Assembly (NCBI GenBank): GCA_963737265.1
Contig: CAVTRY010000022.1
Coordinates: 352,001 to 416,000, forward strand
Length of the DNA: 64,000 nucleotides
Reading direction: 5' to 3'
Source: an uncultured delta proteobacterium
GTDB taxonomy: Bacteria; Myxococcota_A; Polyangia; Fen-1088
Numbering within the stretch: the first letter of the stretch is position 1; each line of letters opens with the position of its first letter. This document shows, piece after piece, positions 42,612 to 52,422 of this stretch. The position numbers and the translations under genes are program-made. Below the pieces are notes generated by a model. It was not told the DNA's origin. It ran no database searches and saw only the letters and a list, made by a program, of their open reading frames with translations.

Positions 42612-45454
42612 TCACCACGGTGACAGTGTCGGAACCGGCGGGCACTTTTCAACTTGAAGATATTTCTTACAGCCTTCGTCGGAGGGATGGGCTGTGACAC
42701 GCTGTTGGGCAAGTGCCATCAAGTCGCGAATGTCCATGGCATAAATTTGCACCAATCCGTCCCACCCCGCTGTCGATAGTCGCCTGCTGTCCGGGCTCCA
42801 GGCCACGTCCGTAACGGCATCGCTGTGTCCGTACAACGTCAGCACTTCCTGGCCACTGGCGGCATCCCACACGTTGGCCGTATTGTCTCCGCTTGTCGTC
42901 GCCAGACGCTTCCCGTTTGGGCTCCAGGCCACGCTCTTACCGGCATCGTTGTGTCCGTACAACGTCAGCACTTCCTGGCCACTGGCGGTAACCCACACCT
43001 TGGCTGTATGGTCCACACTGCCCGTCGCCAGGCGCTTGCCGTCCGGGCTCCAAGTCACGCCGCCACGAGAGTCGCTCTCGCCGTGCAGGGCCATCAGTTC
43101 CCGACCGCTGGCCGCATCCCACACCTTGGCCGTGCCGTCAAAACTCCCAGTGGCGACCCGCTTGCCGTCCGGGCTCCAGGCCGCACCCTGAACACCCCTG
43201 CTATGGCCGCGCAAAGTCAGCTGTTCCTTGCCACTGGTGGCATCCCACACCTTGGCCGCACCGTCCCAACTCCACGTCGCTAGCCGCTGTCCGTCTGGGC
43301 TCCAAGCTATGCCCTCAACCGGTTTGTCGTGGCCGCGCCAGGTCAGCAGTTTCCGGCCGCTCACGGCATCCCACACGGTGTTCGTGCCGTCCCCACTCCC
43401 CATGGCCAGCCGCTTGCCGTCCGGACTCCAGGTCACGCTGTAAACACCTTTGCCATGGCCGAGCAAGGTCAGCTGTTCCTGGCCGCTGGCGGCATTCCAA
43501 ATCTTGGCTGTGCCATCGTTGCTCGCCGTCGCCAGCCGCTTGCCGTCCGGGCTCCAGACCACGCCGTTAACCCAACCGTCATGGCCACGCAAGGTCAGCT
43601 GTTCCTGAGTGGCGGCATCCCACACCTTGGCCGTCTTGTCATTGCTCGCCGTTGCCAAGCCGCTTGCCGTCCGGGCTCCAAGCTACGCTCATAACAGCAG
43701 CGCCATGGCCGCGCAGGGTGAGCAGTTCCCGCCCGCTGACTGCATCCCAAAGCTTCGCCGTATTGTCAAAACTTGCCGTGGCCAGCCGCTTGCCGTCCGG
43801 GCTCCAAACCACGCTCCAAAACTGAATCGCCATGGCCGCGCAAGGTCAACAGTTCCCGTCCACTGTCTGCATCCCATACCTTCGCCGTCTTGTCAAAACT
43901 TGCCGTTGCCAGCCGCTTGCCGTCCGGGCTCCAAGACATGCTGTAAACAGCTTCGCCATGGCCACGCAAGGCTTGCAGTTCGTGGCCGCTGACAGCATCC
44001 CACACCTGGGCTATGCCTTCCACACTCCCCGTCGCCAGACGCTTGCCATCCGGACTCCAAGCCATGCTGCCAACGGAATTGCCACGATCGCGCAGGACTA
44101 TCCGTTCCTGTCCGCTTGCCGCGTCCCACACCCTAGCCGTACCGTCCCAGCTCCCCGTCGCCAGACGGTTACTGTCTGGGCTCCAGGCCACGATACGAAC
44201 AGCTTTGACATGGCCGCGCAAGGTCAGCAGTTCCTGCCCGCTGTCCACATCCCACACCTCTGCCTCACCGTCCGCACTCCCCGTCGCCAACTTAATGCCA
44301 TCGGGACTCCAAGCCATGCTGTCGACACGACCTCCACGAACGTGTAAGGTGAGCAGTTCGCGGCCGTTGGCCGCATCCCACACTTTGGCGGTCTTGTCCC
44401 CACTCCTCGTCGCCAGACGCTTGCCATCCGGGCTCCAGGCCACGCCGTCAACACCTTTGGAATGGCCGCGTAAGGTCAACTGTTCCTGGCCGCTAGCGGC
44501 GTCCCACACCTTGGCCGTTTTGTCCGCACTCCCCGTCGCCAGCCACTTGCCGTCCGGGCTCCAGGCCACGCTGTCAACAGAATCGCCATGGCCGCGCAAG
44601 GTCAGCCTCACATGGGACGCCATGATGGCATGATGTAATTCGTCTTCGGCTTCGGGAAGAACGCTGTGACCCCACGGCCAGGTTGCGCCCACTGCATGGG
44701 CCGCTAACAAGATCGAAAGCTCGGGATCAGTGTCCTCATTTGAGATGGAGCTTGCGACCAACTGCCGAGCTCGGGCCCTAGCAGTCTGCCAGAAAGCGTA
44801 GATAGCCAGACCCACCGCAATCAGAAACGCGAGGGACACGGCTGCAATAACGATCCGTTGCAGCTTGGTCGCGGCCTGGCGGCTGGCCAGGATGTACTGC
44901 GACTGTAGCGTCGTCGGCGACGGTTCTTTTCCTGAACTCTTGGCGACCCATCGCTCCGCGTCACGGAGGTCCTTGCCCCGGAGCACGAGGCTGCTGTCTT
45001 TGCCCCCTCTTTCCCACTCCTTGGCGCGCATCAGCAGGCGAGTATGCGCCTGCGTCCAAGCCAGGTCGGTATCCAGCGCTATGATTAGCGCCGCGAAGTT
45101 TTCGTCGAATCGAACATCGCCATCAAAGTCGATGCGCTGAAACTTGCCGAGCGTTTCGGGGATGGCGTCATCTGGAACCGCGCGATAGAAGATCGGAACC
45201 ATGCGCTTGTGGGTGGCCACTGCATGATCGATCTCTTTCCTGCAGTTGGCGGAAGCTACCGATTCCGGACTGATGATGAACAGGAAATTGTCGGCAGCTT
45301 CGATGTTGGCGAAGATTTCTTGCTGCCACTCTGCCGTTAGCGGAATGTCTTTCCAATCGACCCAGGCCTCGCGCTCCTGCGCTGCAAGAGCTTCGCCCAG
45401 CTTGCTCACGAAGTCTTTATCTTTCCGAGAGTACGAGATGAATACCTGTGCCAT
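42612..45454 (-). CDS. TIR domain - helical linker - TM - 15x WD40 repeat protein, frameshifts near 43815 and 43658
   Basis: VFISYSRKD...WVD...CRKEID TIR; hydrophobic segment; 15 'GH...[21 protein letters not shown]' repeats across three frames. Confidence 0.9.
42745..44600 (-). repeat. about 126-bp tandem coding repeat (WD40 units)
   Basis: Recurrent GCTTGCCGTCCGGGCTCCA and CATCCCACACCTTGGC at about 126-bp spacing. Confidence 0.85.
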
Positions 45455-45926
45455 GAAAGCCTGTTCTCAGAAGAGGGATCGATGGACGTACCACCTAGTC
45501 CCGCTTCTTGAGCTAACCAACCCATTACGAATAGTGGAATCCGAGTCGAGCGTGATTTTTGGACGTTTATCTTACCACCCTACATCGCAGGCATATAGGG
45601 TTGTTCCGCAATCGCAGGGATGGCCGAAGATGATTTCGGACGCACGGTCGGCTTGCCCTGTCATAGTCGGATCGTCGGCACTACCACTCAGCGCCATCGC
45701 CGGATAGTAATCAATCTGAGCGTGCGACTTGCATCCTTTTATATAGACATCGTCCTGTTTAGCGATCTTCTTTCTGCTCTACCCACTCTCAACCCTCGTA
45801 TTGCCAACAAAACAAGACCCTTAGCGTACTCGCTGCCTCCGCGTGAGTCGAGGTGTGCGCCATTGGTCCCGCCTTCCCTTCAACACAACACGACTTGGGC
45901 GAAACCGCCCGGAAAGGATCACTGCA

Positions 45927-46304
45927 ATGTTTGGACAAATGATGGTTGAACCCGTTGTGCAGCTCGACCCCGGCTTCGATTTGCAGACAGCGATAGCCAC
46001 ACTGATAAAGGTTGCCGAAAACGTCGAGATCGTTCGTTGGATCGAGTTGCCGGCGTCGGTCCTGCTGTTCTTGCTTGTGCCAGGAGACCCGGATTCTGGG
46101 GCGGTCTATGTCCTGGATCGCAAGAAAGGAACCTGGTACGCCGTGGACTTCGATGACGAACGATTCGGCGGCTATAGCGTAAGCCAGCTCGAAATACTCC
46201 TGAAGGACTGTAACTTCCTCGATCTTGTTGAGCGGCCAGGACTTTGGCGCGCAGGGTTGCAGTGGATGGTATTGCCCGGAATGCGGCCTGAGACCGCCGT
46301 TTGA
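45927..46304 (+). CDS. hypothetical protein
   Basis: AAGGA RBS and a 125-aa ORF, first gene of the rightward backbone operon. Confidence 0.65.
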   Translation: MFGQMMVEPVVQLDPGFDLQTAIATLIKVAENVEIVRWIELPASVLLFLLVPGDPDSGAVYVLDRKKGTWYAVDFDDERFGGYSVSQLEILLKDCNFLDLVERPGLWRAGLQWMVLPGMRPETAV

Positions 46305-46415
46305 CAGAAAAAATATTCCGGGTTATCTAACGACACCCACATCCGAAAGCCGGATGGGGAAATGGCGAACACGAGCCCCGAATTCGCGAATTTGTCAGAA
46401 GGAGGTGACGGGTTA

Positions 46416-47390
46416 ATGGAACCGACAATCACGGCAACCCGGCAGGTCGTCGAGGATTACCAAAGGCTGTTCGTGAACCGCCGAGCCTACACGATGCAGT
46501 CCATGCGGCCGCACCCGGAAACAGGGCGGCATTACTACTTTCGGCCAAGCAAGAAAGGGACAGACATCCCCCAGATGCTGACCGAGGGAACCATCCGACA
46601 ACACCTGGAAGGCAAAATCACGGTCGGCCTGTATGCCATCAACCCGTCAACCCAGCGCTGTAAATGGGTCGCCATCGACGCTGACTACAAGAACTCCATG
46701 GAGGACTTGCTCAAGCTCCAGTACCACTTGACACAGGACAAGGTGGAACCAGCGCTGGAAATGAGCAAGCGAGGAGGGCATCTTTGGATCTTCCTGGCAA
46801 CGCCCCTGCTGGCCAAGGAGTGCCGAATCTACATCCATGATCTTGCCCTGAGGTTGGGGGTGCCGGTGAAAGCGTCGGGCTTGGCGGAAGGCATCGAGGT
46901 GTTTCCGAAGCACGACGCCATCGGCGCCGGAGAGTTTGGCAACGCCATTCGCGGTCCCCTGGGAATTCACCGTGGTGCTAACCGCCGATTTTGGTTCTAC
47001 GGCGCCGATTACACGCTGGAGGACCAGATCGCATACCTCAAACGTCTGCGAAAGGTCACCGAGGAAGAACTGCGGAGGTTCATCGCTGGGAAGGAAAGGC
47101 CGGAGCCGGATTTCTCGCCGCGTCCAGGAAGGGTCACTTCAACGCTACGAAAAACTGGGAACGGACGATCAGAATTCCGCATTTTGGCACACGTGGGTAC
47201 CGTGCGGAAAGTCGGCCGGAATTACGTCGCGCGATGCCCATCCTGCGCGGACTGTGGCCACGACCGGAGCGGCGACAACCTGGCCATCCTGATCGAAGAT
47301 CCGCGCTTTTACAAATGCTGGGCTGGATGCACCAAGGAGATGATTCGGGCCGCCCTCGGCTGCCCGATTCGTGTGCGGCATTCCGCCTGA
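46416..47390 (+). CDS. archaeo-eukaryotic primase (TOTE-type AEP domain) with C-terminal zinc finger
   Basis: WVAIDAD (DxD), EMSKRGGHLWIF (SxxxxH), IEVFPK and GNAIRGPLG; CPSC...CWAGC; GGAGG RBS. Confidence 0.82.
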   Translation: MEPTITATRQVVEDYQRLFVNRRAYTMQSMRPHPETGRHYYFRPSKKGTDIPQMLTEGTIRQHLEGKITVGLYAINPSTQRCKWVAIDADYKNSMEDLLKLQYHLTQDKVEPALEMSKRGGHLWIFLATPLLAKECRIYIHDLALRLGVPVKASGLAEGIEVFPKHDAIGAGEFGNAIRGPLGIHRGANRRFWFYGADYTLEDQIAYLKRLRKVTEEELRRFIAGKERPEPDFSPRPGRVTSTLRKTGNGRSEFRILAHVGTVRKVGRNYVARCPSCADCGHDRSGDNLAILIEDPRFYKCWAGCTKEMIRAALGCPIRVRHSA

Positions 47391-47411
47391 GACAAGGAGA
47401 GGGTTGTTGTC

Positions 47412-48053
47412 ATGAAGCAGAAGCGATTGCCAGATGTAATGGGCCTGAGGCTAACGCGACAGGCGCTGCGGGTACTGAAGGAACGCGGAATCTTCGCCCA
47501 TTCGCCAGTAAGCCTGGAACACCAGCACCTTGCGAAACGCTATGTGGTGCGCGGGTTGGAGTCGGGCGGTGCGGTCGGAGACCTTGGGCGATACGTCACG
47601 TTCACCACGGAAGATGGCCGGCCAGTCGGGTGGCTGCATCCGGTGGAGGCCATCGGAGTAAATGGCTTGCATGCAGTTGTGGTGGCCCCCGTCCTGGTGC
47701 GAGTTGAGATGCTGCGGAAGGGACAGACATACGAACTGCTGATCACCCAGCATCGACCAGGTCTGACCAACGATGGAAAGAGACCGCCACTAGAAACAAG
47801 ACTCCTGTTTCGTGGCATTCATGGTCGCTTGGATCTGGATTTGTCAGGGAAGGACAAGGAGAAGGCTGGCGCGGTTCTGCCGGCGTTCTATTCGCGCGCC
47901 GGGGAGGAAGTCGGGATACCGAAGCGGTTTCGCCAATCGGTGCGCGCGATAACCGCGGCGGTTCATTGCTACGGCTGTTTCCATTGCCACTATGTCAGGC
48001 CGCCGCAGAAGGAAGAGGAACAGGTTTACGCCGCAGAACGTGTCACAGCCTGA
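47412..48053 (+). CDS. hypothetical protein with C-terminal CxxCxHxH motif
   Basis: AAGGAG RBS; 'HCYGCFHCHY'. Confidence 0.7.
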   Translation: MKQKRLPDVMGLRLTRQALRVLKERGIFAHSPVSLEHQHLAKRYVVRGLESGGAVGDLGRYVTFTTEDGRPVGWLHPVEAIGVNGLHAVVVAPVLVRVEMLRKGQTYELLITQHRPGLTNDGKRPPLETRLLFRGIHGRLDLDLSGKDKEKAGAVLPAFYSRAGEEVGIPKRFRQSVRAITAAVHCYGCFHCHYVRPPQKEEEQVYAAERVTA

Positions 48054-48081
48054 CATGGCCGAAGGTAAGGAGTGAATTGCG

Positions 48082-48327
48082 ATGCATAGCAAGGTCAAGA
48101 ACTACTCTCTGGTTTTTTGTCTGTTTGTGTTTCTGTTCGTAATCATCGGAGGCGGCCTGCACATGAACCCGGGCGGTGCGCTGCTCGCCGCACTGAGCGG
48201 CACTCCATTGGTGATTTATGCCTTTAATCGCAAGCCCAGTGGGGATTGCCGGCCAGAGCATGGTCCACCCCAGCTTGCGGGAAATGAGGTTCGATATGGC
48301 AGCGACAAATCGGACAACCCCGATTGA
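48082..48327 (+). CDS. small two-TM protein
   Basis: TAAGGAG RBS and a hydrophobic N-terminus. Confidence 0.5.
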   Translation: MHSKVKNYSLVFCLFVFLFVIIGGGLHMNPGGALLAALSGTPLVIYAFNRKPSGDCRPEHGPPQLAGNEVRYGSDKSDNPD

Positions 48328-48931
48328 CGAAAGTGAAGTCGCGGTGAACGAGAGCACAGGTTCAGAGCGTTCCGAACCCACACGCGCGTTTCGGCGGCAC
48401 TTGCCGGACGAGCGGCGGGCACTCACCCATCACTTTTCGATCGCCGGGCAGGAGGGATATCTCACGGTCGGAGTCTACGAAGACGGGCTGCCAGGCGAGA
48501 TCTTCATCACCATGGCGAAGCAGGGCTCGACCATCTCGGGGCTCATGGATTCGTTTGCAACTGCGGTATCGCTGGCTCTGCAACATGGGGTGCCCCTCGA
48601 CATTTTGTGCAGCAAATTCACGCATGTGCGCTTTGAGCCCAGCGGTTGGTCCGGAAATCCCAAGATCGGTTACGCGAAGTCGATTGTCGACTACGTGTTC
48701 CGGTGGCTCGAACGGAAATTCATCACCGGTGACCAGGGCGAATTGTTTCGAGCCCTTCCGACGCCCATTCAGCCAGCGACGGAGCCCAACGGTACGGATC
48801 CGGTTGGAGCACTTGGAGAACTTATCCAGATGGGAGATGCGCCCGCCTGCAACATCTGCGGTTCGCTGACGGTGCGGAGCGGAACCTGCTACCGCTGTAT
48901 GACCTGCGGCAGTACAAGCGGGTGCTCGTAG
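48296..48931 (+). CDS. stand-alone TSCPD domain protein (class II ribonucleotide reductase C-terminal part) with zinc ribbon
   Basis: RRHLPDER...GYLTVG.YEDG.PGEIFI.MAK.GST..GLMDSFA..VSLALQ.GVPL...FEPSG...SIVDY, and C..CG...C..CG.TSGCS tail. Confidence 0.85.
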   Translation: MAATNRTTPIDESEVAVNESTGSERSEPTRAFRRHLPDERRALTHHFSIAGQEGYLTVGVYEDGLPGEIFITMAKQGSTISGLMDSFATAVSLALQHGVPLDILCSKFTHVRFEPSGWSGNPKIGYAKSIVDYVFRWLERKFITGDQGELFRALPTPIQPATEPNGTDPVGALGELIQMGDAPACNICGSLTVRSGTCYRCMTCGSTSGCS

Positions 48932-48967
48932 CGGGTAGGCAAGAGAGAGAGAAAGGAGCAATAAAAG

Positions 48968-49372
48968 ATGCAGAAAGTAATGTTGATCGGGAATCTCGGC
49001 CGTGATCCTGATGTGAAATACAGCCAAGAAGGAGCGGCCATATCGCAGTTTTCCGTCGCCACGACGGAACGATGGAAGGACAAAGACGGCATACCGCAGG
49101 AACATACGGAATGGTTTGCCGTGAAAGCCTTCAATCGCCTGGCAGAGATCGCCGGCGAACACCTTCACAAAGGCGCCCGCGTCTATCTCGAAGGCAGGAA
49201 GCGCACAGAGTCATGGGACGACAAGCAGACGGGGGGCAAGCACTACAGGGATCTCGTCTACGTCGACAGGATCGAATTCCTGGATTCGAAGGGCAGTGGG
49301 AACGGTCATCGGAATCCCGCCGACAGCACCGACTACGAGCCAACGTTGACAGACCAACAGATGCCGTTCTGA
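48968..49372 (+). CDS. ssb: single-stranded DNA-binding protein
   Basis: KVMLIGNLGRDP, TEW, KGARVYLEG and acidic tail ending in PF. Confidence 0.95.
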   Translation: MQKVMLIGNLGRDPDVKYSQEGAAISQFSVATTERWKDKDGIPQEHTEWFAVKAFNRLAEIAGEHLHKGARVYLEGRKRTESWDDKQTGGKHYRDLVYVDRIEFLDSKGSGNGHRNPADSTDYEPTLTDQQMPF

Positions 49373-49618
49373 CGAACGATGTCGATTCCTACGTCTCGCT
49401 ATTCTTCTACGTGTGCTAAACACGGATGTCATCAAGAGACATTCGAGGCAGATCGCATCGTGTGAAGCGGATACATTCGTGAACACTGGCCCACTTGTCG
49501 GTGTCTGTCAGACAATCTTCAGAATTCAGAGGGATAGAATCGTACATGCTGGTCGGGTAATGATGCAGTTTTGACTTGTTTGTGTCCAGAACGACGGCGC
49601 CGCGGGAATTTGAAGGAC

Positions 49619-50830
49619 TCACTCGGTCGGCGTGCGCTCGTCGCCCGATTTAGAGACGCGACTGTCTTCAGCAGCATCGAGGTCTCGCATCGTCTCGGCC
49701 CAGATGAGGAGCGTCCGGTCCGGCATAATGATGGACATTACTCGCTCTGTTCGGAAGATGATTGGTTGCTCAGACGCAGTGAACCTAAGGGACGTGAGTT
49801 GCCCGCGTTGGAAAGCGCTTATCAGTTCCTCTGTGATTCCCCAGAAGAATACTCCTCCATCCTGCGGTCGCTCGATTTTCGTCAACCAACTCGGCCAAAC
49901 AATGTTCTCGAAGAACGTGCCAATATAAAGCGTTCCGTTCCATCTGAACCCGCTTCGCCCCCGGCGCATCGCGGCATTGGATAAGGCTGTATCACCGCTC
50001 ACCAAGTAGCGCGAGAAATCCTGGTCTGAGGATTCAGATAAGGCTTTCAGGCGCTCACCGAAAGCCCTGATTAGTCCACCCTGAGCGATAAAGATGGGCA
50101 CATAATGCATTAGTAGGTTGCGATACCGCGAGTTGGACATGTGACGATTCGGCTCTCCCTCTGGATCTAGGATGATGATGTCCTCTCGGCCGCTGTTACT
50201 CGTTCGCGGAAAGAAAATCACACCTATAGCCTGAGAGAAATTAGGATTGTCAAACTTCGCATACACCTGCTGGATAGCTGTTTCCGTGTTCGTTCGATTA
50301 ATCCGTCCTCGAGCCTCGACTCGAAACTCGTTTTCGTCTTCGTCCGTCGCGGAAAGATCAAAGGATTGGAGACCTTCGGTTGCCGCCCAATACGGGTACG
50401 CTACTTCGTATAAGCGGATGCCGATCTCGAGTGCGACACTCATGGCAAGTACTTCAGATCGAATCGCCGTCATTCGGGAGTTAGGCTGGTCCGCTACCAC
50501 GAGCACCCGGCGACTGGGCCGTGTTTTATGGGGCACGGATACCATGTTCCATCCCCTGAGAAGATTCCACGCCGCCCTCATGCGGGCATCTTCCAGTCCA
50601 TAACCCTCATCCTGCACTGATCCGGCGAAATGCAGATTTGCACTCGCGACCAACTGGGCTATCGAGAGCGTTAATCCGTTCTCTTGCAACGCGATGAGAC
50701 GGGTGTTGATGACCGGATCAGTTGTAGTACAGCGTGAGCGATCCACCCTTATGCGGAAATGAACCAATTCACTGCTTGGAGACTGTACGACCGGACCAAC
50801 AGAGCTCGGGAAGCTAGGGGTAGATGTCAT
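49619..50830 (-). CDS. hypothetical protein with a PD-(D/E)xK-like nuclease motif
   Basis: SEVLA...SFDL...FRVEARG spacing; reverse strand and visibly more AT-rich than the backbone. Confidence 0.55.
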   Translation of the reverse strand: MTSTPSFPSSVGPVVQSPSSELVHFRIRVDRSRCTTTDPVINTRLIALQENGLTLSIAQLVASANLHFAGSVQDEGYGLEDARMRAAWNLLRGWNMVSVPHKTRPSRRVLVVADQPNSRMTAIRSEVLAMSVALEIGIRLYEVAYPYWAATEGLQSFDLSATDEDENEFRVEARGRINRTNTETAIQQVYAKFDNPNFSQAIGVIFFPRTSNSGREDIIILDPEGEPNRHMSNSRYRNLLMHYVPIFIAQGGLIRAFGERLKALSESSDQDFSRYLVSGDTALSNAAMRRGRSGFRWNGTLYIGTFFENIVWPSWLTKIERPQDGGVFFWGITEELISAFQRGQLTSLRFTASEQPIIFRTERVMSIIMPDRTLLIWAETMRDLDAAEDSRVSKSGDERTPTE

Positions 50831-51247
50831 GAACTAACGTACCTATGCTAATCATAACTTTAGAGGATAACGAGCCAAAACAGTCAACCCGAGGACCAGA
50901 ATGCGCCAGCAATCTTAGTCGACTCCGAGTTTCACGCTCCGTACGTCGTCCAAACTCGGGTCATTTGATGGAAGATCGCCCTCTCATCGGTAATCCGGCT
51001 TTTCTTTCAGCCACGGGTTTTGCCCGTCGATCCCACTAACTCATTCCGTGGACATTGAGAAATCCGGCTCGGGCTGGTGGCGGCGACCGCGATAACCAGC
51101 CACAGCAAAAGCCATTCGCTTCCGTTCTACTTCGGCCAGTGGCGACCCGTTGTATCCACCCAAACCCAGCCAACAGCCGACTCGCAGTTCCTCTAATCAC
51201 AACGGAGTTCAACAAATCCTCAGGCACCTGAAGGAGGGTGCTTCGTC

Positions 51248-52300
51248 ATGCCAACTAACGACCCAACAACATCTCCCTCGGGGCTGGATGTGACCGAGCT
51301 CCTTTCGGAGCTCGAAGTCCCGTTTTCACCCGACCAAGTCCGGTGGCGGGTCACCAACACAACCAACGACAAGAAACGCGGTCAGATCGTGTCGTATGCC
51401 GATTCCCGCGCCTACACCGACCGGCTGAACTCGCTGTTCACGCCGCAGGGCTGGACCCGCGAGTACAAGGTCGAGACGATGACTAATATCACGCGCGTGA
51501 AGAAGGGCGAGAGCATCGTCTCGGGCAAGGTGCTGGTCACCTGCACGGTCACGATCCTTGGCATTGGCTCGCATTCAGGCACCGGCGAAGAATGGGCCGA
51601 CGATGACAACGGAATGACGTCAGCCGACGCGCAGGCATTCAAGCGGGCATGCTCTTGCCTTGGGCTTGGCCGCTACTTCTACGACATACCGCCAATCTGG
51701 GTCGATCTCGACCAGAACCGCCAGCCTGTCAGAACACCGGTGTTATCGGCTTGGGCGCTGCCGGAGAACTGGCGCAAGGGGATGCGGCCGCCGGGCAAGA
51801 ATCGGAACGGAAATGCCAACGCACCGAACCATGGCATTGGTTCGAACGGGGGCAGCAACGGCAACCATGGCCAGGCTACGAAAAGCCAAACTCGGCCAAC
51901 CGATGGCGGCGGGAACGGTCATGCCCAAACCGCAAAGTCTAACGGGTCGGCGGCGGCTGGCTCCGGCGACGATCTGGACGCGCGCATTCTGGGATTGGAG
52001 AAGGCCGTCGGTACGGCGCTATTCAGAGGCATTCTGCGGGAGTACGGGCGCGCCAACCAGCCTAAGCTAATCCGCGACGCAGCCATCAAAGGGAAGGTCC
52101 TTCAGATGCTGGAGTCCGCAACGCGCGGCCTGGACCGTTTGGAAGCTGTTACCCAACGGCTCGACCCGAACACGGTGAAGGGGCTGCTCGATAAGCTGCA
52201 AGTCCCGCCGCTGAACGAGATCGCGGACATCAAAACCCTGCAAAACGTTGTCTTCGGCCTCGAAGAACTCGCTGGTTCCGACCAGCACCACGCAGCCTAA
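51248..52300 (+). CDS. Rad52/Rad22 (Sak-like) single-strand annealing protein
   Basis: LEVPF...V.WR...Y.D.R...DRLN......GW and SADAQAFKRA....GLGRYFY. Confidence 0.88.
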   Translation: MPTNDPTTSPSGLDVTELLSELEVPFSPDQVRWRVTNTTNDKKRGQIVSYADSRAYTDRLNSLFTPQGWTREYKVETMTNITRVKKGESIVSGKVLVTCTVTILGIGSHSGTGEEWADDDNGMTSADAQAFKRACSCLGLGRYFYDIPPIWVDLDQNRQPVRTPVLSAWALPENWRKGMRPPGKNRNGNANAPNHGIGSNGGSNGNHGQATKSQTRPTDGGGNGHAQTAKSNGSAAAGSGDDLDARILGLEKAVGTALFRGILREYGRANQPKLIRDAAIKGKVLQMLESATRGLDRLEAVTQRLDPNTVKGLLDKLQVPPLNEIADIKTLQNVVFGLEELAGSDQHHAA

Positions 52301-52422
52301 TCACCACCACCGCCACCACGAATGCGAGGGCACAGGGATACGTGTGCCCTTCGCTCGTTGAACACAGCCAGAAATGGCGTCCATACCAAAAAACTCCACC
52401 ACAAACATGCGGAGGCGGAAAC

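Noticed and set aside
42745-44600. CRISPR array or DGR template/variable repeats
   Set aside because: The repeats are in-frame ~126-bp WD40 coding units; no cas or reverse transcriptase gene is visible in the window.
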